This document shows, piece by piece, positions 53,301 through 64,000 of a stretch of DNA of 64,000 nucleotides. Each line of letters opens with the position of its first letter. Position 1 is the first letter of the stretch. A program made the position numbers and the translations under genes. The notes under the pieces were generated by a model. The model was given only the letters and a program-made list of their open reading frames with translations. It was not told the DNA's origin and did no database searches. The DNA comes from Heterodontus francisci (lineage: Eukaryota): assembly GCF_036365525.1 (NCBI RefSeq), contig NC_090378.1, forward strand, positions 120,389,593 to 120,453,592. Reading direction: 5' to 3'.

Positions 53301-56300
53301 TAGATATAACTGTGGGATGTGTCAGTGCAGGAGGTGGGACTGTGTGTCCATTATTATATATTAGATATAACTATGGGATGTGTCAGTACAGGAGGTGGGA
53401 CTGTGTGTCCATTATTACATATTAGATATAACTGTGGGATGTGTCATTGCAGGTGGTGGGACTGTGTGTCTATGAGTATATATTATATGTTATTGTGGGA
53501 CGTGTCAGTACCGGGGTTTGGACTGTGTGTCCATTATTATATATAACTGTGGGATGTGTCGGTACAGTAGGTGGGACTGTGTGTCTATGAGTATATATTA
53601 TATATTATTGTGGGACGTGTCAGTACCGGGGTTTGGACTGTGTCTCCATTATTATATATTCTATATAACTGCGGGACATGTCACTACAGGAGGTGGGACT
53701 GTGTGTCCATTATTATATATTATATCTAACTGTGGGATGTGTCAGTACAGGAGGTAGGACAGTGTGTCCATTATTATCTATTATATCTAACTGTGGGATG
53801 TGTCAGTACAGGAGGTGGGACTGTGTGTCCATTATTATATATTATATATAACTGTGGGATGTGTCAGTACCGGAGGTGGGACAGTGTGTCCATTATTATA
53901 TATTTTATGTAACTGTGGGATGTGTCAGTGCAGGAGGTGGGACAGTGTGTCCATTATTATATATTATATATAACTGTGGGATGTGTCAGTACAGGAGGTG
54001 GGACTGTGTGTCCATTATTATTTATTATATAAAACTGTGGTATGTGTCAGTACAGGAGGTGGGACTGTGTGTCCATTATTATATATCATATATAACTGTG
54101 GGATGTGTCAGTACAGGAGGTGGGACTGTGTGTCCATTATTTTTTATTATATATAACTGTGGAATGTGTCAATGCAGGTTTTGGGACTGTGTGTCCATTA
54201 TTATATATTATATATAACTGTGGGAAGTGTCAGTACCGGAGGTGGGACAGTGTGTCCATTATTATATATTATATATAACTGTGGGATGTGTCAGTGCAGG
54301 AAGTGGGACAGTGTGTCCATTATTTTATATTATATATAACTGTGGGATGTGTCAGTGCAGGAGGTGGGACTGTTTGTCCATTATTATTTATTATATATAA
54401 CTGTGGGATGTGTCAGTACAGGCGGTGGGACTGTGCGTCCATTATTATATATTATATATAATTGTGGGATGTGTCAGTGCAGGAGGTGGGACTGTGTGTC
54501 CATTATTATATATTATATATAACTGTGGGACGTGTCATTACAGGAGGTGGGACATGTGTCCATTATTATATATTATATATAACTGTAGGATGTGTTAGTA
54601 CAGGAGGTAGGACTGTGTTTCCATTATTATTTATTATATATAATTGTGGGATGTGTCAGTACAGGAGGTGGGACGGTGTGTCCATTATTATATGTTATAT
54701 ATAACTGTGGGATGTGTCAGTACAGGAGGTGGGACTGTGTGTCAATTATTATTTATTATATATAACTGTGGGACGTGTCAGTTCAGGAGGTGGGACTGTG
54801 TGTCCATTATTATATATTATATATGATTGTGGGATGTGTCAGTACAGGAGGTGGGTCTGTGTGTCCATTATTATATATTATATATAACTGTGGGATGTGT
54901 CAGTACAGGAGGTGGGACTGTGTGTCCATTATTATTTATTATATAAAACTGTGGGATGTGTCAGTACAGGAGGTGGGACTGTGTGTCCATTATTATATAT
55001 CATATATAACTGTGGGATGTGTCAGTACAGGAGGTGGGACTGTGTGTCCATTATTTTTTATTCTATATAACAGTGGAATGTGTCAATGCAGGTTTTGGGA
55101 CTGTGTGTCCATTATTATATATTATATATAACTGTGGGATGTGTCAGTACCGGAGGTGGGACAGTGTGTCCATTATTATATATTATATATAACTGTGGGA
55201 TGTGTCAGTGCAGGAAGTGGGACAGTGTGTCCATTATTATATATTATATATAACTGTGGGATGTGTCAGTACAGGAGGTGGGACTGTGTGTCCATTATTA
55301 TTTATTATATATAACTGTGAGATGTGCCAGTACAGGAGGTGGGACTGTGCGTCCATTATTATATATTATATATAATTGTGGGATGTGTCAGTGCAGGAGG
55401 TGGGACTGTGTGTCCATTATTATTTATTATATATAACTGTGGGACGTGTCATTACAGGAGGTGGGACATGTGTCCATTATTATATATTATATATAACTGT
55501 AGGATGTGTTAGTACAGGAGGTGGGACTGTGTTTCCATTATTATTTATTATATATAATTGTGGGATGTGTCAGTACAGGAGGTGGGACGGTGTGTCCATT
55601 ATTATATGTTATATATAACTGTGGGATGTGTCAGTACAGGAGGTGGGACTGTGTTTCCATTATTATATATTATATATAAATGTGGGATGTGTCAGTACAG
55701 GAGGTGGGACGGTGTGTCCATTATTATATGTTATATATAACTGTGGGATGTGTCAGTACAGGAGGTGGGACTGTGTGTCAATTATTATTTATTATATATA
55801 ACTGTGGGACGTGTCAGTTCAGGAGGTGGGACTGTGTGTCCATTATTATATATTATATATGATTGTGGGATGTGTCAGTACAGGAGGTGGGACTGTGTGT
55901 CCATTATTATCTATAACTGTGGGATGTGTCAGTACAGGAGGTGGGACTGTGTGTCCATTATTATTTATTATATATAACTCTGGGATGTGTCAGTACAGGA
56001 GGTGGGACTGTGTTTCCATTGTTATATATTATACATTATTGTGGGATGTGTCAGTGCAGGAGGTGGGACTGTGTGTCCTTTATTATATATAACTGTGGGA
56101 TGTGTCAGTACAGGAGGTGGGACTGTGTGTCCATTATTATTTATTATATATAACTCTGGGATGTGTCAGTACAGGAGGTGGGACTGTGTGTCCATTATTA
56201 TATATAACTGTGGGATGTGTCAGTACAGGAGGTGGGACTGTGTGTCCATTATTATATATAACTGTGGGATGTGTCAGTACAGGAGGTGGGACTGTGTGTC

Positions 56301-59300
56301 CATTATTATTTATTATATAAAACTCTGGGATGTGTCAGTACAGGAGGTGGGACTGTGTGTCCATTGTTATATATTATATATTATTGTGGGATGTGTCAGT
56401 GCAAGAGGTGGGACTGTGTGTCCATTATTATATATAACTGTGGAATGTGTCAGTACAGGAGGTGGGACTGTGTGTCCATTATTATATATAAGTGTGGGAT
56501 GTGTCAGTACAGGAGGTGGGACTGTGTGTCCATTATTATATATAACTGTGGGATGTGTCAGTACAGGAGGTGGGACTGTGTGTCCATTATTATATATAAC
56601 TGTGGGATGTGTCAGTACAGGAGGTGGGACTGTGTGTCCATTATTATTTATTATATATAACTCTGGGATGTGTCAGTACAGGAGGTGCGACTGTGTGTCC
56701 ATTATTATATATTAGATATAACTGTGGGATGTGTCAGTGCAGGAGGTGGGACTGTGTGTCCATTATTATATATTAGATATAACTATGGGATGTGTCAGTA
56801 CAGGAGGTGGGACTGTGTGTCCATTATTACATATTAGATATAACTGTGGGATGTGTCATTGCAGGTGGTGGGACTGTGTGTCTATGAGTATATATTATAT
56901 GTTATTGTGGGACGTGTCAGTACCGGGGTTTGGACTGTGTGTCCATTATTATATATAACTGTGGGATGTGTCGGTACAGTAGGTGGGACTGTGTGTCTAT
57001 GAGTATATATTATATATTATTGTGGGACGTGTCAGTACTGGGGTTTGGACTGTGTGTCCATTATTATATATTCTATATAACTGTGGGACATGTCACTACA
57101 GGAGGTGGGACTGTGTGTCCATTATTATATATTATATCTAACTGTGGGATGTGTCAGTACAGGAGGTAGGACAGTGTGTCCATTATTATCTATTATATAT
57201 AACTGTGGGATGTGTCAGTACAGGAGGTGGGACTGTGTGTCCATTATTATATATTATATATAACTGTGGGATGTGTCAGTACCGGAGGTGGGACAGTGTG
57301 TCCATTATTATATATTTTATGTAACTGTGGGATGTGTCAGTGCAGGAAGTGGGACAGTGTGTCCATTATTATATATTATATATAACTGTGGGATGTGTCA
57401 GTACAGGAGGTGGGACTGTGTGTCCATTATTATTTATTATATAAAACTGTGGGATGTGTCAGTACAGGAGGTGGGACTGTGTGTCCATTATTATATATCA
57501 TATATAACTGTGGGATGTGTCAGTACAGGAGGTGGGACTGTGTGTCCATTATTTTTTATTATATATAACTGTGGAATGTGTCAATGCAGGTTTTGGGACT
57601 GTGTGTCCATTATTATATATTATATATAACTGTGGGATGTGTCAGTACCGGAGGTGGGACAGTGTGTCCATTATTATATATTATATATAACTGTAGGATG
57701 TGTCAGTGCAGGAAGTGGGACAGTGTGTCCATTATTTTATATTATATATAACTGTGGGATGTGTCAGTACAGGAGGTGGGACTGTGTGTCCATTATTATT
57801 TATTATATATAACTGTGGGATGTGTCAGTACAGGAGGTGGGACTGTGTGTCCATTATTATATATTATATATATCTGTGGGATGTGTCAGTACAGGAGGTG
57901 GGACTGTGTGTCCATTATTTTTTATTATACATAACTGTGGAATGTGTCAGTGCAGGTTTTGGGACTGTGTGTTCATTATTATATATTATATTTAACTGTG
58001 GGATGTGACAGTGCGGGAGGTGGGTCTGTGCGTCCATTATTATATATTATATATAACTGTGGAACGTGTCAGTCGAGGAGGTGGGACTGTGCGTCCATTA
58101 TTATACATTATATATAACTGTGGAACGTGTCATTCGAGGAGGTGGGACTGTGCGTCCATTATTGTACATTATATATAACTGTGGAAATTGTCAGTCGAGG
58201 AGGTGGGACTGTGCGTCCATTATTATATATTATATATTACTGTGGAACGTGTCAGTCGAGGAGGTGGGAATGTGCGTCCATTATTATATATTATATATAA
58301 CTGTGGAACGTGTCAGTCGAGGAGGTGGGACTGTGCGTCCATTATTATATATTATATATAACTGTGGAACGTGTCAGTCGAGGAGGTGGGACTGTGCGTC
58401 CTTTATTATATATTAAAAATAACTGTGGAACGTGTCAGTCGAGGAGGTGGGACTGTGCGTCCATTATTATATATTATATATAACTGTGGAACGTGTCAGT
58501 CGAGGAGGTGGGACTGTGCCTCCATTATTATATATTATATATAATTGTGGGATGTGTCAGTGCAGGAGGTGGGACTGTGCGTCCATTATTCTTTATTATA
58601 TATAACTGTGGGACGTGTCAGTACAGGAGGTGGGACAGTGTGTCCATTATTTTATATTATATATAACTGTAGGATGTGTTAGTACAGGAGGTGGGACTGT
58701 GTGTCAATTATTATATATTATATATAACTGTGGAACGTGTCAGTCGAGGAGGTGGGACTGTGCGTCCTTTATTATATATTATATATAACTGTGGAACGTG
58801 ACAGTCGAGGAGGTGGGACTGTGTATCCATTATTATATATTATATATAACTGTGGGACGTGTCAGTGCAGGAGGTGGGACTGTGTGTCGATTATTATATA
58901 TTATATATGATTGTGGGATGTGTCAGTACAGGAGGTGGGACTGTGTGTCCATTATTATATATAACTGTGGGATGTGTCAGTACAGGAGGTAGGACTGTGT
59001 GTCCATTGTTATATATTATATATTATTATGGGATGTGTCAGTACAGGAGGTGGGACTGTGTGTCCATTGTTATATATTATATATTATTGTGGGATGTGTC
59101 AGTACAGGAGGTGGGACTGTGTGTCCATTATTATATATAACTGTGGGATGTGTCAGTACAGGAGGTGGGACTGTGTGTCCATTGTTATATATTATATATT
59201 ATTGTGGGATGTGTCAGTACAGGAGGTGGGACTGTGTGTCCATTGTTATATATTATATATTATTGTGGGATGTGTCAGTACAGGAGGTGGGACTGTGTGT

Positions 59301-62300
59301 CCATTATTATATATAACTGTGGGATGTGTCAGTACAGGAGGTGGGACTGTGTGTCCATTGTTATATATTATATATTATTGTGGGATGTGTCAGTACAGGA
59401 GATGGGACTGTGTGTCCATTATTATATATAACTGTGGGATGTGTCAGTACAGGAGGTGGGACTGTGTGTCCATTATTATTTATTATATATAACTCTGGGA
59501 TGTGTCAGTACAGGAGGTGGGACTGTGTGTCCATTGTTATATATTATATATTATTGTGGGATGTGTCAGTGCAGGAGGTGGGACTGTGTGTCCATTATTA
59601 TATATTAGATATAACTGTGGGATGTGTCAGTGCAGGAGGTGGGACTGTGTGTCCATTATTATACATTAGATATAACTGTGGGATGTGTCAGTACAGGAGG
59701 TGGGACTGTGTGTCCATTGTTATATATTATATATTATGGTGGGATGTGTCAGTACAGGAGGTGGGGCAGTGTGTCCATTATTATATATTATATATAAATG
59801 TGGGATGTGTCATTGCAGGTGGAGGGACTGTGTGTCTGTTATTATATATTATATCTAACTGTGGGACATGTCACTACAGGAGGTGGGACTGTGTGTTTAT
59901 TTTTATATATTATATCTAACTTTGGGACGTGTCAGTACCAGAGGTGGGACTGTGTGTCTATTATTATATATAACTGTGGGATGTGTCAGTACAGGAGGTA
60001 GGACAGTGTGTCCATTATTATATATTATATATAAATGTGGGATGTGTCATTGCAGGTGGTGGGACTGTTTGTCCGTTATTATATATTATATCTAACTGTG
60101 GGATGTGTCAATACAGGAGGTGGGACTTTGTGTCCATTATTATTTATTATATATAACTGTGGGATGTGTCAGTGCGGGAGGTGGGACTGTGTGTCCATTA
60201 TTATATATTATCTCTAACTGTGGGATGTGTCAGTACAGGAGGTGGGACTGTGTGTCCATTATTATATATTATATATAACTGTGGGATGTGTCATTGCAGG
60301 AGGTGGGACTGTGTGTCCATTATTCGATATTATATATAACTGTGGGATGTGTCAGTACCGGAGGTGGGACTGTGTGTCCATTATCATATATTATATATAA
60401 TTGTGGGATGTGTCAGTGCAGTAGGTGGGACTGTGTGTCCATTATTATATATTATATGTAACTGTAGGATGTGTTAGTACAGGAGGTGGGAATGTGTTTC
60501 CATTATTATTTATTATATATAACTGTGGGACGTGTCAGTACAGGAGGTGGGACAGTGTGTCCATTATTATATATTATATATAACTGTAGGATGTGTTAGT
60601 ACAGGAGGTGGGACTGTGTTTCCATTGTTATTTATTATATATAATTGTGGGATGTGTCAGTACAGGAAGTGGGACTGTGTTTCCATTATTATTTATTATA
60701 TATAATTGTGGGATGTGTCAGTACAGGAGGTGGGACGGTGTGTCCATTATTATATGTTATATATAACTGTGGGATGTGTCAGTACAGGAGGTGGGACTGT
60801 GTGTCAATTATTATTTATTATATATAACTGTGGGACGTGTCAGTGCAGGAGGTTGGACTGTGTGTCCATTATTATATATTATATATGATTGTGGGATGTG
60901 TCAGTACAGGAGGTGGGACTGTGTGTCCATTATTATATATAACTGTGGGATGTGTCAGTACAGGAGGTGGGACTGTGCGTCCATTATTATATATTATATA
61001 TAATTGTGGAACGTGTCAGTCGAGGAGGTGGGAATGTGCGTCCATTATTATATATTATATATAACTGTGGAACGTGTCAGTCGAGGAGGTGGGACTGTGC
61101 GTCCATTATTATATATTATATATAACTGTGGAATGTGTCAGTCGAGGAGGTGGGACTGTGCGTCCATTATTATATATTATATATAACTGTGGAACGTGTC
61201 AGTCGAGGAGGTGGGACTGTGCGTCCATTATTATATATTATATATAACTGTGGAACGTGTCAGTCGAGGAGGTGGGACTGTGCGTCCATTATTATATATT
61301 ATATATAACTGTGGAATGTGTCAGTCGAGTAGGTGGGACTGTGCGTCCATTATTATATATTATATATAATTGAGGGATGTGTCAGTGCAGGAGGTGGGAC
61401 TGTGTGTCCATTATTATTTGTTATATATAACTGTGGGACGTGTCAGTACAGGAGGTGGGACAGAGTGTCCATTATTTTATATTTTATATAACTGTAGGAT
61501 GTGTTAGTACAGGAGGTGGGACTGTGTTTCCATTATTATTTATTATATATAACTGTGGGAGGTGTCAGTACAGGAGGTGGGACGGTGTGTCCATTATTAT
61601 ATGTTAGATATAACTGTGGGATGTGTCAGTACAGGAGGTGGGACTGTGTGTCAATTATTATTTATTATATATAAATGTGGGACGTGTCAGTGCAGGAGGT
61701 GGGACTGTGTGACCATTATTATAAATTATATATGATTGTGGGATGTGTCAGTACAGGAGGTGGGACTGTGTGTCCATTATTATATATAACTGTGGGATGT
61801 GTCAGTACAGGAGGTGGGACTGTGTGTCCATTATTATTTATTATATATATCTCTGGGATGTGTCAGTACAGGAGGTGGGACTGTGTGTCCATTGTTATAT
61901 ATTATATATTATTGTGGGATGAGTCAGTGCAGGAGGTGGGACTGTGTGTCCATTATTATACATTAGATATAACTGTGGGATGTGTCAGTACAGGAGGTGG
62001 GACTGTGTGTCCATTGTTATATATTATATATTATTGTGGGATGTGTCAGTACAGGAGGTGGGACCGTGTGTCCATTATTATATATAACTGTGGGATGTGT
62101 CAGTACAGGAGGTGGGACAGTGTGTCCATTATTATATATTATATATAAATGTGGGATGTGTCATTGCAGGTGGTGGGACCGTGTGTCCGTTATTATATAT
62201 TATATATAAATGTGGGATGTGTCATTGCAGGTGGTGGGACTGTGTGTCTGTTATTATATATTATATCTAACTGTGGGACATGTCACTACAGGAGGTGGGA

Positions 62301-64000
62301 CTGTGTGTTTATTTTTATATATTATATCTAACTTTGGGACGTGTCAGTACCAGAGGTGGGACTGTGTGTCCATTATTATATATAACTGTGGGATGTGTCA
62401 GTACAGGAGGTAGGACAGTGTTTCCATTATTATATATTATATATAAATGTGGGATGTGTCATTGCAGGTGGTGGGTCTGTGTGTCCGTTATTTTATATTA
62501 TATCTAACTGTGGGATGTGTCAATACAGGAGGTGGGACTTTGTGTCTATTATTATTTATTATATATAACTGTGGGATGTTTCAGTACCGGAGGTGGGACT
62601 GTGTGTCCATTATCATATATTATATATAATTGTGGGATGTGTCAGTACAGGAGGTGGGACTGTGTGTCCATTATTATATATTATATATAACTGTGGGATG
62701 TGTCAGTACCGGAGGTGGGACTGTGTGTCCATTATCATATATTATATATAATTGTGGGATGTGTCAGTGCAGGAGGTGGGACTGTGTGTCCATTAATATA
62801 TATTATATATAACTGTAGGATGTGTTAGTACAGGAGGTGGGACTGTGTTTCCATTATTATTTATTATATATAACTGTGGGATGTGTCAGGACACGAGGTG
62901 GGACTGTGTTTCCATTATTATTTGTTATATATAATTGTGGGATGTGTCAGTACAGGAGGTGGGACGGTGTGTCCATTATTATATGTTATATATACCTGTG
63001 GGATGTGTCAGTACAGGAGGTGGGACTGTGTGTCAATTATTATTTATTATATATAACTGTGGGACGTGTCAGTGCAGGAGGTGGGACTGTGTGTCCATTA
63101 TTATATATTATATATGATTGTGGGATGTGTCAGTACAGGAGGTGGGACTGTGTGTCCATTATTATATATAACTGTGGGATGTGTCAGTACTGGAGGTGGG
63201 ACAGTGTGTCCATTATTATTTATTATATATAACTCTGGGATGTGTCAGTACAGGAGGTGGGACTGTGTATCCATTGTTATACATTATATATTACTGTGGG
63301 ATGTGTCAGTGCAGGAGGTGGGACTGTGTTTCCATTATTATTTATTATATATAACTCTGGGATGTGTCAGTACAGGAGGTGGGACGGTGTGTCCATTATT
63401 ATATGTTATATATACCTGTGGGATGTGTCAGTACAGGAGGTGGGACTGTGTGTCAATTATTATTTATTATATATAACTGTGGGACGTGTCAGTGCAGGAG
63501 GTGGGACTGTGTGTCCATTATTATATATTATATATGATTGTGGGATGTGTCAGTACAGGAGGTGGGACTGTGTGTCCATTATTATATATAACTCTGGGAT
63601 GTGTCAGTACTGGAGGTGGGACAGTGTGTCCATTATTATTTATTATATATAACTCTGGGATGTGTCAGTACAGGAGGTGGGACTGTGTATCCATTGTTAT
63701 ACATTATATATTACTGTGGGATGTGTCAGTGCAGGAGGTGGGACTGTGTTTCCATTATTATTTATTATATATAACTCTGGGATGTGTCAGTACAGGAGGT
63801 GGGACTGTGTGTCCATTGTTATATGTTATATATTATTGTGGGATGTGTCAGGGCAGGAGGTGGGACTATGTGTCCATTATTATATATAACTGTGGGATGT
63901 GTCAGTACAGGAGGTGGGACTGTGTGTCCATTATTATATATAACTGTGGGATGTGTCAGTACAGGAGGTGGGACTGTGTGTCCATTATTATTTATTATAT
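8323..64000 (+). repeat. Large tandem repeat (satellite / expanded minisatellite), 61-bp monomer, roughly 900 copies, extending past the window end
   Basis: Consensus AACTGTGGGATGTGTCAGTACAGGAGGTGGGACTGTGTGTCCATTATTATATATTATATAT (unit starts at 8893 and 8954 are 61 bp apart). There are 54-bp variants missing 7 bp of the AT tract and rare 60-bp units. All units are head-to-tail, with no inversion or foreign insertion seen by eye. Copy number is estimated as length/61. Confidence 0.99.

Noticed and set aside
9087-63889. About 200 Cys/Tyr/Ile-rich ORFs (MSVQEVGLCVHYY..., CGMCQYRRWDC...)
   Set aside because: They are translations of the 61-bp unit cycling through frames. The unit length is not a multiple of 3 and stops recur every third unit. 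The CxxC look is coincidental.
8323-64000. CRISPR-like repeat/spacer array
   Set aside because: There are no unique spacers, the whole unit repeats, there are no cas genes, and the context is vertebrate.
8323-64000. Ig class-switch (S) region analogue
   Set aside because: It lies upstream of a light-chain J rather than before a heavy-chain C exon, lacks dense AGCT motifs, and its G-rich strand would be the template strand for Ig-sense transcription.

Overview
Eukaryotic DNA, most likely from a cartilaginous fish (shark or ray), judged from the repeat families and the Ig segment. There are no prokaryotic features. The first ~8.3 kb is a transposon-dense patchwork: a decayed CR1 LINE ORF2 (1-~2533), two minus-strand tRNA-derived SINE copies, a ~950-bp solo-LTR-like element, CT-rich simple repeats split by a ~770-bp GC-rich insertion, and a 3' fragment of a Tx1/L1-clade LINE. 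Within it, and too short for the ORF track, is an unrearranged immunoglobulin light-chain J segment on the minus strand (5456-5490, FTFGKGTKLRL). It has a GTAAGT donor and a 23-bp-spacer RSS, which is the kappa/type III configuration. I found no V or C exon in the window. From ~8323 to the window end (~55.7 kb, roughly 900 units) is a single-orientation 61-bp tandem repeat with 54-bp variants, variant-specific domains and nested multi-kb duplications. All ORFs in that array are translation artefacts. The most notable observation is the intact-looking Jk with no V upstream and a giant satellite on the side where V would be expected. I cannot claim a new biological system from sequence alone.
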